From contig OY763929.1 of the NCBI GenBank assembly GCA_963667675.1, positions 642 through 64,641 of the forward strand: DNA of 64,000 nt, given 5' to 3'. Both the position numbers and the translations under genes were made by a program. Shown here piece by piece: positions 8,575-17,775 of the stretch. The notes under the pieces are model-generated. The model was not told where the DNA came from, made no database searches, and worked only from the letters and a program-made list of their open reading frames with translations. The stretch is from Dehalococcoidia bacterium (GTDB lineage Bacteria > Chloroflexota > Dehalococcoidia > Lucifugimonadales > UBA3495). Each line of letters starts with the position of its first letter. Position 1 is the stretch's first letter.

Positions 8575-9852
8575 CTATCTCTTGATGGTCCTCACGTAGG
8601 ACTGCTCGATATCGTCGTTCAGGCCTTGGAAGGCTTCTTCCAGTCCTTCTTTGAATTCGGCCAGCAACTCGTCGCTGACCACGCCCCCGGCCGCCGCCGC
8701 CTTCTCCTTGAACTGGATGAACGTCCACTCGCTGGCGTCGCCCCTGGGCATGTCGAAGAAGCTGCGGCTGAACACCGGCATCTCGCCGGGGCCGAAATAA
8801 CCCTTGCCCTCCAGCGTATATCCTTCCAGGTCGTGGGTGCCCTTACCCAGCACCTGCCCCGTCTGGGCGTAGTGCTCCATCACGTTCTTCATGCCGTACT
8901 TCTGCACGGGGCACACCTTCATGCAGATGCCGCAGCCCGCGTAGCGCGCCATCACCGGACGGCAGCGCTTGAAGTAGAGCTTGTTCTTCTCTATGCCCCG
9001 CCACCAGATCTTGTCCCGCATCAGGGCCCGGCCCGGGCAGCGGTTGACGCATATCTGGCACACCTGGCAAAAGGCGTGGATGCCGTAGTCTATGGGCTGG
9101 TCGTGGGTGACCTTGGCATCGGTGGTCAGCATGATCAGGCGGTTCCTGCTGCCTTCGTGGGGGGTAAGCAGGTAACCGCAAGCCCCCAACTGGCCCAAGC
9201 CGGCAGCCACGAACATGGGAATCATCGCTCCCGGCGCGTCGTTGGAGTGCATGACGTGGCACCGGTAGCCCAGGGAGCGGATGAAGTCGCCCAGCTTCAG
9301 TCCCGCGGCAGCCTGGGTCCGGTACGCGCTGGCGTGCACGATTTCGGCTTGCAGGCTGGGGATGGTCTGGGTGGGCTCGTAGTCCTGCTGGTAGGCCAGG
9401 CAGATGGCGGTGGGAAGCTGGGTGTAGCCTTTCAGGTGCTTGTATTCGTAGCGGGGATCATAGGCGGTCAGCCCCACTTCCAAGAAACCCAGCCGTCGCG
9501 CCTCGTCCTTAATCTGCTGGGTAACGTCCTCACCGGTGGGATCCGCCGTGGGTTCCATCTCGGCGGTCTCTCGCGTCGCCTGCACCAGGCGGCAGTCCAG
9601 TTGGTCGTGCTCTACGAGAATCTGCCACGTATCGGCATGCTCGGTCTGGTAGATGTTGATCAACCAGTCGCTGGAAGCCCGCTCGGACATGGTCTGGCTT
9701 TCCAGGGGTTGCTCCCGGGCGTACCAATCGACCTCACGGTGTCTAAGGGGAATGCCGGGTTCCGTCTCAAGCTCTTCCGGCACCGGAATCACCACCGGGG
9801 CCTCGCCAAACCGCTTGCCGGGCCTGACTACTTCGTGGCCGATCTTCAGCAT
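8575..9852 (-). CDS. RdhA/QueG-superfamily Fe-S protein, cytoplasmic type, copy 2
   Basis: Start set at MLKIGHEVVRPGKRFG, as in the two paralogs (RBS GGGGGA). FCQVCQICVNRCP and CGICMKVCP motifs. Confidence 0.75.
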   Translation of the reverse strand: MLKIGHEVVRPGKRFGEAPVVIPVPEELETEPGIPLRHREVDWYAREQPLESQTMSERASSDWLINIYQTEHADTWQILVEHDQLDCRLVQATRETAEMEPTADPTGEDVTQQIKDEARRLGFLEVGLTAYDPRYEYKHLKGYTQLPTAICLAYQQDYEPTQTIPSLQAEIVHASAYRTQAAAGLKLGDFIRSLGYRCHVMHSNDAPGAMIPMFVAAGLGQLGACGYLLTPHEGSRNRLIMLTTDAKVTHDQPIDYGIHAFCQVCQICVNRCPGRALMRDKIWWRGIEKNKLYFKRCRPVMARYAGCGICMKVCPVQKYGMKNVMEHYAQTGQVLGKGTHDLEGYTLEGKGYFGPGEMPVFSRSFFDMPRGDASEWTFIQFKEKAAAAGGVVSDELLAEFKEGLEEAFQGLNDDIEQSYVRTIKR

Positions 9853-9903
9853 GTCAATTCCCCCATAGAATCCTGGCGTACGACTACGGGAAGTCCTGCC
9901 CGC

Positions 9904-9933
9904 AGGATAGTCCCTCGCCTCTTTGTGTGTCAA
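9904..9933 (-). promoter_or_regulatory. Promoter of RdhA-like copy 2
   Basis: Reverse strand reads TTGACA-N18-TATCCT. The -10 box is 9 nt upstream of ACTTCCCGT. Confidence 0.5.
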
Positions 9934-10025
9934 TCGGTTTGGACAGGTCTTGTTGTTAGACATGCCCGCCTCTCCCGATTAACATAGCCTCTGGGCACGA
10001 TTCGAGTTGGACCAGGAGACAAACA

Positions 10026-10835
10026 ATGCGGTTGGATGGAATGGTAGCGGTGGTTACCGGAGCAGGCCGGGGCATCGGGCAGGCCATCGCCTTGGCTTTC
10101 GCCAGGGAAGGAGCGCGGCTGGCCCTGGCAGCCCGGAGCGCTAATGAACTCGAAGGCACCGCCAAGCAGGCCCGGGACCTGGGAGCGCCGGCCTTGGTTA
10201 TTCCCACCGACGTCACGGACCGGAACCAGGTCGACCGCATGGCGGCCCAGGTAATCGACCGCTATAGCGCCATCGACATCCTGGTGAACAACGCCGGAGT
10301 TGCCGGGCCCATCGGGCCGCTCCAGGACAACGACCCGGCCTATTGGGTCCGGACCATTCAGGTAAACCTGATTGGCGCCTATCTCTGCTGCCGCGCCGTG
10401 CTGCCGGCGATGCTGGAGCGCAACCGGGGCAAGATAATCAACATGTCCGGCGGGGGAAGCCTGAACGGCGCCGCCGACATGTCGGCCTACAGCTCCACCA
10501 AGGCAGCGGTGGTCCGGCTCACCGAATGCCTGGCCTTGGAACTGGCCCAGACCAACGTCTGCGTGAACGCCATAGCGCCGGGCACCATCCAGACGCGAAT
10601 GCTGGAGGAAATCCAGCAGGTGTACGACGCTGCAGGGGTCGAAATGCCCAGCGGGGGATGGGGGTCGCTGGAGCGGGCGGCTGACCTGGCCCTTTTCCTG
10701 GCCTCCGAAGACTCGGGAAATCTCAGCGGGCGGCTGGTCTCGGCAATATGGGACGACTACTCCAAGCTCCCCGACCGGATTCCAGAAATCATGGAGTCAG
10801 ACGCCTTTCAACTCCGGCGTGTGGACCTGCCCTAG
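10026..10835 (+). CDS. SDR family oxidoreductase
   Basis: TGAGRGIG cofactor motif and YSSTK (YxxxK). RBS AGGAGA. Confidence 0.9.
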   Translation: MRLDGMVAVVTGAGRGIGQAIALAFAREGARLALAARSANELEGTAKQARDLGAPALVIPTDVTDRNQVDRMAAQVIDRYSAIDILVNNAGVAGPIGPLQDNDPAYWVRTIQVNLIGAYLCCRAVLPAMLERNRGKIINMSGGGSLNGAADMSAYSSTKAAVVRLTECLALELAQTNVCVNAIAPGTIQTRMLEEIQQVYDAAGVEMPSGGWGSLERAADLALFLASEDSGNLSGRLVSAIWDDYSKLPDRIPEIMESDAFQLRRVDLP

Positions 10836-10900
10836 AAACATCGGTAGCCCCAAATGCTCTCCAGGAATATGGACGAGCGCGGCGTAAGTTACCCGCCCGC

Positions 10901-11233
10901 CTATTGCCACTCCTCATCGGTTGGCCAAATGTTGGAGCTCCCGAGCGCCGCTCCATTCCGCGGCACAGAGGCATCTTCTTCCGTCCAGTCCTGGGTCTTG
11001 TCTATATATTCCTTGAACATGGGCGTCTTTATATGGGTCCGGTATGCCGCCTCGTCCAGGAAAACCTCGTAAAACCAGATCCGGTTGACGTCTCCGGCAT
11101 CCTGGATGATGTCACATCGCACGCAGCCAATTCGTTCGTTCCTGACCATTTCCGAAGCGGCCTCCACCCCCGTCTTGATGTAATCATCCCTGTGTTCCGG
11201 CTTTAGCTGGACGGGTGCCAAAATGATGAACAT
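10901..11233 (-). CDS. Antibiotic-biosynthesis-monooxygenase (ABM) domain protein
   Basis: 110 aa. The pattern MFIILAPVQLKPEHRDDY...FYEVFLDEAAYRTH is typical of YgiN-like ABM proteins. RBS GGAGGA. Confidence 0.7.
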   Translation of the reverse strand: MFIILAPVQLKPEHRDDYIKTGVEAASEMVRNERIGCVRCDIIQDAGDVNRIWFYEVFLDEAAYRTHIKTPMFKEYIDKTQDWTEEDASVPRNGAALGSSNIWPTDEEWQ

Positions 11234-11299
11234 TCGGTCCTCCTTCGACGTTCCTACCTCAACGGCGCTTTGAAATAAGTCCCTTCAGGCATGGTTCGG

Positions 11300-11328
11300 A
11301 CTGTATCATCGGGCCTCTGTTGGGTCAA
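11300..11328 (-). promoter_or_regulatory. Promoter of the ABM gene
   Basis: Reverse strand reads TTGACC-N17-TACAGT. Confidence 0.5.
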
Positions 11329-11370
11329 CGGCCCGCTGATAAACCCGCTGATGTGAGCTTGCCTTGCTCC

Positions 11371-12579
11371 CTACGCTTCGTCGCCGGCGAAGCGGGGCAT
11401 GACCTGGGACCCGAACAACTCGATGCTCGACATTATTTTTTCGTGGCTTAGCCCCGGGCCTTCCATCCACATAGTTATGTAGTTGACGCCGCATTCTTCA
11501 CGCAGTTCCTGGACCTGTTCGGCCACCTGTTCCGGCGACCCGGCCAATATTAGCAATTGCTTTCTGTAGAACTCCCAGTCCATGTCGGTCCGTTTAGGTA
11601 TCGCTCCGCCTTCGTCTTGCCAGTAACTCATCGGGCGTCTTTCAAATTGCCTGGCGAAAATCGGGGTAAAGAGCGTGTCGGTCTGCTCTTTTGCCTCTTC
11701 GTAGGTGGGCGCAACATAGGCCAGCCGGATAACGTTTATATCGTCCCCTACCCGTAACTGGCCGCCTTCCAGTTCGTTTCGGATATCGGTATATGTTTTC
11801 AGTGCCACTCGCAGTCTACTTGCCGGCTGGACCAAGACCACACCCTTCAAACCCAGTTGAGCCGCTTCCGCAATAGATGCCTCGGAAGATGTATACATCC
11901 ATAGCGGAGGATGCGGTTGTTGGAACGGCTTGGGTCCCAGGCGTATCCTCGCTGCCTCGCCGTCCCTGACCTCGGCGGGGTTCCCAGTAGATTCAGCAGG
12001 CGAGATCGAGGATTCCCGTGAGCGGCCCGACGGCGGGAAGGCGTAGAAGGCCCCTTGGTGGGTAAACAAAGGCTCCGTCCAGGCTTTCTTCAGGATTTCC
12101 AGGAACTCGGCAAAGTGCTCTCGTGCAGCCGTCTGCCCGCTCGATGAACTTTGTCCGGCGTCTGACCCCGAGCCCGGCAGTACTCTCTCCGGCTGGGGGT
12201 TGAAGACGGATGCGTAGGTCATGTCCCGCTCGGTCAACTCTGGGTCTTCGCCACTGCGGCCTATGGCTAACTCAACCCGCCCTTTGCTGAAGTGGTCCAG
12301 GAGAGCAATGTCCTCCGCCAGGCGAAGCGGGTGCCAGCCCGTGACCCCGACTGCCGGCCCCAGGCGAATGCGGCTGGTCCGCTCCGCCAGCATCGAGGCG
12401 AACACCACGGGGTTGGGCGAATTGGTGTGGCCGGCGTTAAAGTGGTGCTCATCCATCCAAACGCATTCGAACCCGGCTTCCTCGCAGAGAACAACTTGCT
12501 CCCGCAGCTCATCCACCACGTCCGCATAGACCCTTTTCAGCGTCAGGTCATGCGCGCCGGTATACAGTCCAAACTTCAT
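11371..12579 (-). CDS. LLM-class (luciferase-like) flavin-dependent oxidoreductase
   Basis: Start set at MKFGLYTG... Family-typical ...VWMDEHHFN...RIRLGPAV. Ser/Gly-rich insertion SGSDAGQSSSSGQ. Confidence 0.8.
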   Translation of the reverse strand: MKFGLYTGAHDLTLKRVYADVVDELREQVVLCEEAGFECVWMDEHHFNAGHTNSPNPVVFASMLAERTSRIRLGPAVGVTGWHPLRLAEDIALLDHFSKGRVELAIGRSGEDPELTERDMTYASVFNPQPERVLPGSGSDAGQSSSSGQTAAREHFAEFLEILKKAWTEPLFTHQGAFYAFPPSGRSRESSISPAESTGNPAEVRDGEAARIRLGPKPFQQPHPPLWMYTSSEASIAEAAQLGLKGVVLVQPASRLRVALKTYTDIRNELEGGQLRVGDDINVIRLAYVAPTYEEAKEQTDTLFTPIFARQFERRPMSYWQDEGGAIPKRTDMDWEFYRKQLLILAGSPEQVAEQVQELREECGVNYITMWMEGPGLSHEKIMSSIELFGSQVMPRFAGDEA

Positions 12580-12654
12580 AGAACTCGCACGTTGTCCGGG
12601 GATGAGGCTTCTACAGGCTGCCGAGTATCGGCACTCTACCCGCACCGCGTTTGG

Positions 12655-12684
12655 ATGGTGACCGCGGCGCTAGAGGTGAGTCAA
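12655..12684 (-). promoter_or_regulatory. Candidate promoter of LLM 11371-12579
   Basis: Reverse strand reads TTGACT-N18-CACCAT. Confidence 0.35.
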
Positions 12685-12774
12685 TTGCCGGCGGTGCGGG
12701 GACGGGCCCTTCAATCGCAGCGCCCGTTGCGTAGCTACAGAAATGGCTGCAGTTCAACGAGAGACGTCGAACGC

Positions 12775-14064
12775 TTACTCGTCTTCCCCGCCGGCAAGCG
12801 CATCGTAACCCACCAACTCGATGTCGGTGGTCTCGGCCTTGATCACATTGACCATGTCTTCCTTGAATTCGGCCAGCAACTCGTCGCTGACACCGCCCCC
12901 GGCGGACATCGCTTTGCGTTTGAACGTCTCGAAGGTCCACTGGCTCCTCGAGCCGTGGGGAATATCGAAGAAGCTGCGGTCGAACACCGGCATTTCGCCG
13001 GGGCCGAAGTAGCCCTTGTCCTCCAACGTGTAGCCTTCCAGGTCGTGGGTGCCCTTGCCCAGCACCTGCCCCGTCTCGGCGTAGTGCTCCATGACGTTCT
13101 TCATGCCGTACTTCTGGATGGGGCAAACCTTCATGCAGACGCCGCAGTTCAGGTACTTGGCCATCACCGGGCGGCAACGCCGCAGGTAGACCTTGTTCTT
13201 TTCGATGCCCCGCCACCAGATCTTGTCCCGCATCAGGGCCCGGCCCGGGCAACGGTTCACGCATATCTGGCACACCTGGCAAAAGGCGTGGATGCCGTAG
13301 TCTACCGGCTGGTCGTGGGTGACCTTGGCATCGGTGGTGATTATCATCAACCGGTTCCTGCTGCCTTCGTGGGGGGTGAGCAGGTAACCGCAGGCGCCCA
13401 ACTGGCCCAACCCGGCGGCCACGAACATGGGAATCACCGGCCCCGTCGCGTCGTTGGAGTGGATGACGTGGGCGCGGTAGCCCAGGGAGCGTATGAATTC
13501 ACCCAACTCCAGCCCGTGGGCGGCCTGGGTGCGGTAGGCCGCGGCGTGGACGATCTCGGAGGCCACGCTGGGCAGCGTCTGGGTGGGCTCGAAGTCCTGC
13601 TCCCGGGCCAGGCAGATGGCCGTGGGCAGACTGGTAAAGCCCCGCTTTTGCTTGAACTCGTAACGATGGTCGTAGGCGGTGAAGCCCACCTCGACGTAAC
13701 CCAGTTGCCTCGCCTTGTCCTTGATCAACTGGGAAACGTCCTCGCCGGTGGGCTCCGCAGTAGGCTCTAAGTCGGCAGACTTCCGTCCCCCAATCACCAG
13801 GGGGCGGTCCACCTTGTCGTGCTCCAGGAGGATTCTCCACATCCCGGGGTCCTCTTCCTTCAACGTGGCAAACTGCCAGTCCTGGGCCGCGCTTTCGGAA
13901 TAGTTTTGGCCTTCCAGGGGTTGCTCCCTGGCATACCAATCGACCTCCCGGTTGTTGGCCGGAATGCCGGGCACCGTCTCCAGTTCTTCCGGCACGGGAA
14001 TGGTTACCGGGCTGTCGCCGTAGCGCTTGCCGGGCCTGACTACCTCGTGGCCTATTTTCAGCAT
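12775..14064 (-). CDS. RdhA/QueG-superfamily Fe-S protein, cytoplasmic type, copy 3
   Basis: 429 aa starting MLKIGHEVVRPGKRYG. FCQVCQICVNRCP and CGVCMKVCP motifs. Only 49 bp downstream of the NHL gene. Confidence 0.75.
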   Translation of the reverse strand: MLKIGHEVVRPGKRYGDSPVTIPVPEELETVPGIPANNREVDWYAREQPLEGQNYSESAAQDWQFATLKEEDPGMWRILLEHDKVDRPLVIGGRKSADLEPTAEPTGEDVSQLIKDKARQLGYVEVGFTAYDHRYEFKQKRGFTSLPTAICLAREQDFEPTQTLPSVASEIVHAAAYRTQAAHGLELGEFIRSLGYRAHVIHSNDATGPVIPMFVAAGLGQLGACGYLLTPHEGSRNRLMIITTDAKVTHDQPVDYGIHAFCQVCQICVNRCPGRALMRDKIWWRGIEKNKVYLRRCRPVMAKYLNCGVCMKVCPIQKYGMKNVMEHYAETGQVLGKGTHDLEGYTLEDKGYFGPGEMPVFDRSFFDIPHGSRSQWTFETFKRKAMSAGGGVSDELLAEFKEDMVNVIKAETTDIELVGYDALAGGEDE

Positions 14065-14113
14065 ATCGACTGCTCCTCCAGGCTCTCGGAAACGAGCCTA
14101 CCCAAAGCCTCGC

Positions 14114-15127
14114 CTACAGGTTGCTCTGCGGGTCCTGGTAGTTGGTGTCCTTGTGGTACATATGCAGGCGGCCCCGGTGGGTATCGCAGACTATCAGGCG
14201 GTTGGCCCGTTGGTCGAAGCCGCAGGCCACCGGCAGGCAGAACACTCTCTGTATCTCCTCCAGGTTCTGAACCTGGCTCCGGCGCTTTACCATGTCCGGG
14301 TTTGCGTCCATGGTCAACTGGGCCCACTTGGACAGCTCCCTGGCATCCCCGCGGAGATGGGTCAGCGGCTTGGCTTCGGGGTCGTAGATGACCACCCGTT
14401 CGTTCCTCCAGTCCACCACGTAGACGTCCCCGTCGCCGTCCACCGCCACCCCGCTGGGGAGTCTCAGCGAACCGGGGCCGGACCCGCCATACCCAAAGCT
14501 GAGCAGGTGATCGCCATCGCCGCTGAACTTCTGCACCCGGTTGTTATTCCAGTCCGCCACATAGACTTCGCCGTTGCTGTCGCAGGTGACGCCCCAGGGC
14601 ATGTTCAACTCGCCCTCGGCGCTGCCCTTGCAGCCGAACTCGCTTAGAAAACGGCCGTCCTTGCTGTATTTCTGGACGCGGCTGTCGAGGCTGTTGACGA
14701 CAATCAGGTTCTCGTCCGGGTCGAAGGTCAGCCCAGACGGGCCGTTGAGTTGCCCCGGGCCCTCGCCTGCTTCTCCCCAGGTTTCCAGCAGGGTCCCGTC
14801 TTTGTCGAAGACCGTTATGCGGTTGAGCCACTCGTCCGAGCAGTAGACGTTCTCGTCCCAGTCTATGGCCACGTCGGTGAGCGACCTGAATTTTCCTTCC
14901 TCTTCTCCGCCCCCGCCGAATTCGGTGATGAACTCCTCGTCCGCCGTCACCTTGCTGATTCGCTGGACCTGCGCGTACTCGTATCCCCTGTTGGCGATGT
15001 ATATTACGCCGTCATCGGCCAGGGCGATGCCTACGGGGTAGGTGAAGCCCGTGCCGGCTTCCATCAGCCTGCCTATGTTATGGGTGTAAATCCAGGCCCG
15101 TCTGCCGACAACGGTCTCAATGGCCAT
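14114..15127 (-). CDS. NHL-repeat beta-propeller protein, copy 1
   Basis: Start at MAIETVVGRRAWIY, as in the paralog (MATETVVGRRAWIY). Repeated ...G.G.G.L..P.GV.vD..G.vYVaD..N.RVq.F blades. No signal peptide. Confidence 0.8.
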   Translation of the reverse strand: MAIETVVGRRAWIYTHNIGRLMEAGTGFTYPVGIALADDGVIYIANRGYEYAQVQRISKVTADEEFITEFGGGGEEEGKFRSLTDVAIDWDENVYCSDEWLNRITVFDKDGTLLETWGEAGEGPGQLNGPSGLTFDPDENLIVVNSLDSRVQKYSKDGRFLSEFGCKGSAEGELNMPWGVTCDSNGEVYVADWNNNRVQKFSGDGDHLLSFGYGGSGPGSLRLPSGVAVDGDGDVYVVDWRNERVVIYDPEAKPLTHLRGDARELSKWAQLTMDANPDMVKRRSQVQNLEEIQRVFCLPVACGFDQRANRLIVCDTHRGRLHMYHKDTNYQDPQSNL

Positions 15128-15161
15128 ATTACCCTCGGTTCTTCCGCTGGAATCGGGGGTT

Positions 15162-16571
15162 CTAACCGAACTGGTACTCGGTTGTGGCGCCAATCATCGC
15201 CAGCAACTCACCGATTCGCGTTCCGGCAACGGCTTCGTCGCTCCAGTCCAGGTCACCGTTGCTTTTGGCGTACTCTGTCAGTTGTTCCCTGGTGTCGTCG
15301 GCAAGCTCCACGTAGCCCATATGGTCCAGGGCCGCCGCCATCAACTGCTCCGGCGTTGTGACTCCGGCAGCCTTCATGTCGTCGATGATGCTCTTCACTC
15401 CCGGCAGGCCGGCATTGGCGACGTGGTCGGCGATGAAGTTGACGCGGGCCAGCAGCGCGCCGCTGTTGATCCACTCCTTGCCTGTGTACCACCCCTCGAC
15501 GCTGGGCGGGTCCATAAGGGCCTGGCCCATGTACCTGGGCTGCATCCCCAGGGCCATGATCCCCGGCCTGGGCAGCTTCCAATCGCCCACCAGCCGGAGA
15601 GTGCCGGCCACCACCTCAGCCGGGCTCTTGATCTTAGAGAACCGGGCGTCCTTGAAGAACTGCGAGTTGAACAGCATGCGCAGTACCGGCGCAATCTCGT
15701 ATCCCGACTCTTCGAATACCTTTACCATTTCCGCCAGGGCTTCCTCGTCCCTGGCCGGCTCGATGGTCCACGCAGGCACCTGCACCTCGTCAGCCACGAA
15801 GAAGTTGTACAGGTGGCGGCAAATGAACCGGGACGTCGCCGGCTGCTTGACCACTATGTCGATGATGTCCTCGCCGTTGAAGTTGCCCGTATGCCCCAGG
15901 AAGGTCTTCTTCTCGTCGTCGTGGTCTTCCTCGCGATACTCGAAGTACCATGGAAAACGGCCGTAGGGCAGCCGCGGTATGTTGGGAGCCTTGGTCCAGC
16001 CGGTGAACGCCCGGGAGGCCTCCCGCACGTCGGTCTCCGTGTAGTTGTTGACCCCCATCGAAAACAGCTCCAGCAGCTCCCTGCCCCAGTTCTCGTTGAC
16101 CGCGTCCCGGTGATTTTCGTTGTTGTCCAACCAGTAAATCATGCCCGGGTCTTTGGCCACCCGCACCAGCAACTCGCGATAGTTGCCCATCCCGTGCTTC
16201 CGGAACATCTCGATTTGTTCGTTGGTCACGTTGCCGTTGTCGATTTTTGCGTTGCCAGTGGCGAATACGTGGTGCCAGAACAGTGCAATCTTCTCCACCA
16301 ACGGCGTCTGCGTGTTGATCATGGCAAACATCCACATGGCCTGGCCCGGCACCGTCTCGCCGCCGGGCAGCAGGGCCCAGGGGACGTAGCGGAGCATTAC
16401 CGATTGCGGGTCCGCCTCACCGGCGGGGTCGGCCGGCGGAGGACTTATCAACTCCTCCACCGTGGCCTCATACCCCTTGGCTACCCGCTGTTCCAACTCT
16501 TCTCTGGTTGCGCCGAATCCGGCCCGGCGCATCAGGTGGGCCATGAGAGCCATTTCGTCTCTGTCAGCCAT
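15162..16571 (-). CDS. DUF1800 domain protein, copy 1
   Basis: Start at MADRDEMALMAHLMRRAGFGA (RBS GGGAGG); this makes it 469 aa, like the paralog. LFWHHVFATGN and NENWGRELLELFSMGVNNYTETDVREASRAFTGW are DUF1800 hallmarks. Confidence 0.75.
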   Translation of the reverse strand: MADRDEMALMAHLMRRAGFGATREELEQRVAKGYEATVEELISPPPADPAGEADPQSVMLRYVPWALLPGGETVPGQAMWMFAMINTQTPLVEKIALFWHHVFATGNAKIDNGNVTNEQIEMFRKHGMGNYRELLVRVAKDPGMIYWLDNNENHRDAVNENWGRELLELFSMGVNNYTETDVREASRAFTGWTKAPNIPRLPYGRFPWYFEYREEDHDDEKKTFLGHTGNFNGEDIIDIVVKQPATSRFICRHLYNFFVADEVQVPAWTIEPARDEEALAEMVKVFEESGYEIAPVLRMLFNSQFFKDARFSKIKSPAEVVAGTLRLVGDWKLPRPGIMALGMQPRYMGQALMDPPSVEGWYTGKEWINSGALLARVNFIADHVANAGLPGVKSIIDDMKAAGVTTPEQLMAAALDHMGYVELADDTREQLTEYAKSNGDLDWSDEAVAGTRIGELLAMIGATTEYQFG

Positions 16572-16644
16572 ACATTGCCTCCCTTCGGCAAGGATGGTTG
16601 CCTGTGGGGCGGTTAACCGTTGCTCGTTCAGTCCAATTGCCCCA

Positions 16645-16673
16645 ATACTAGGCGTCAGCGTAGTCGCTGTCAA
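16645..16673 (-). promoter_or_regulatory. Promoter of the DUF1800-NHL-RdhA-like operon
   Basis: Reverse strand reads TTGACA-N17-TAGTAT. It lies inside the longer ORF-track version of the gene. Confidence 0.5.
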
Positions 16674-16769
16674 TGAATTTTCGTAACGACTGCCTCGCCA
16701 AATGGCCGGGACCGGCCTGGGGGCCCTCTATGCTCTGCCGTCAGCCGGCGGCGGCGTCTAGCCTCCCCG

Positions 16770-17663
16770 CTACGCCGTCGTCTTCTCCGCCGGCTTGACC
16801 CGCGGAGCATTGCGCCAATCGGGAACTCCGAACTCCGGCGTTCCCACCGGGCGCCCGCCGGTGACGTGTGCCCAATGAGCGTGGTTCAACTGGTGCAGGT
16901 TGAAGCAGGCGTTCAGGGCGTTGTAGAACCCCTGGTTGTCCACCGTCTGGTTCACCGACTCCTTGATGAGGAGCGAGGTCACCGACGGTAACTGGGCGAT
17001 GCGCCGGGCTAGGGCCAGCGTGTCGTCCTGGAGCGTCTCGGGGTTGAACACCTTGCTGATCATGCCCAGGCGGTAGCCCTCGTCCGCGTCTATCGAGTCC
17101 CCGGTGAGCAGCAGTTCCTTGGCCTTGCGCGGGCCGAACTCCCACGGGTGCCCGTAGTACTCCAAACCGCACATGCCCAGCCTGACTCCTACCACGTCGG
17201 CGAAGACAGTGCCCTCGGCCGCCACGATCAGGTCGCAGCACCAGGCCAGCATCAGCCCCGCCGCCAGGCACGTGCCCTGTACCTGGGCGATGGTGATTTT
17301 GCGCAGGTTGCGCCAGCGCAGGGTGTTCTCGAAAAAGAAGTGCCACTCCTGCAGAATCCGCTGCTCCGAGCCGCCCTTGGTCCCGCCGTAGCCCTGGTAG
17401 GTGTAGTGCTGGTCAGGGCCGGGCTCCCGTTCCGAACGCGCCTGGGAGGAACCCAGGTCGTGACCTGCGCTGAACACCGGCCCCAGCCCGCCAAAGATCA
17501 CCACCCGCACCTCGTCGTCGGCCTCCGCTCTGAGAAATGCCTCGTTCAGCTCTACCAGCATCCCCCGGTTCTGGGCGTTCCGGGCCTCCGGCCGGTTCAT
17601 GAATATCCGGGCGATCTTGCCGTCATCCAGGGTCTCATAGGTGAGAAACTGATAGTCTGCCAT
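16770..17663 (-). CDS. Enoyl-CoA hydratase/isomerase (crotonase) family protein
   Basis: IARIFMNRPEARNAQN...VVIFGGLGPVFSAGHDLG. RBS AAGGAGAGG. Confidence 0.85.
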   Translation of the reverse strand: MADYQFLTYETLDDGKIARIFMNRPEARNAQNRGMLVELNEAFLRAEADDEVRVVIFGGLGPVFSAGHDLGSSQARSEREPGPDQHYTYQGYGGTKGGSEQRILQEWHFFFENTLRWRNLRKITIAQVQGTCLAAGLMLAWCCDLIVAAEGTVFADVVGVRLGMCGLEYYGHPWEFGPRKAKELLLTGDSIDADEGYRLGMISKVFNPETLQDDTLALARRIAQLPSVTSLLIKESVNQTVDNQGFYNALNACFNLHQLNHAHWAHVTGGRPVGTPEFGVPDWRNAPRVKPAEKTTA

Positions 17664-17775
17664 CTGGCCTCTCCTTGGGAATGCTGGGAAGATTCTCGGG
17701 GAATGTCGAGTTTACCCAGGCGACTGATATGAAAATACGATAAGCGAAAGGGAAAGCCGTCGTGCACCAGGTCGG

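Noticed and set aside
8200-9987. 595-aa plus-strand ORF, with similar long antisense ORFs at 2625-3710 and 12292-13770
   Set aside because: These are shadow ORFs on the strand opposite the three RdhA-like genes. They arise in GC-rich DNA, have low-complexity Gly/Ala/His/Val-rich translations and lack an RBS. The minus-strand products carry clear Fe-S and family motifs.
16572-16673. N-terminal extensions of ORF-track ORFs (also 5850-6062, 9853-9963, 4549-4689, 30972-31121, 56082-56195, 45700-45846, 12580-12645, 15128-15193)
   Set aside because: Paralog alignments begin at internal Met codons that have good Shine-Dalgarno sites. Several of the extensions contain the gene's own predicted promoter.
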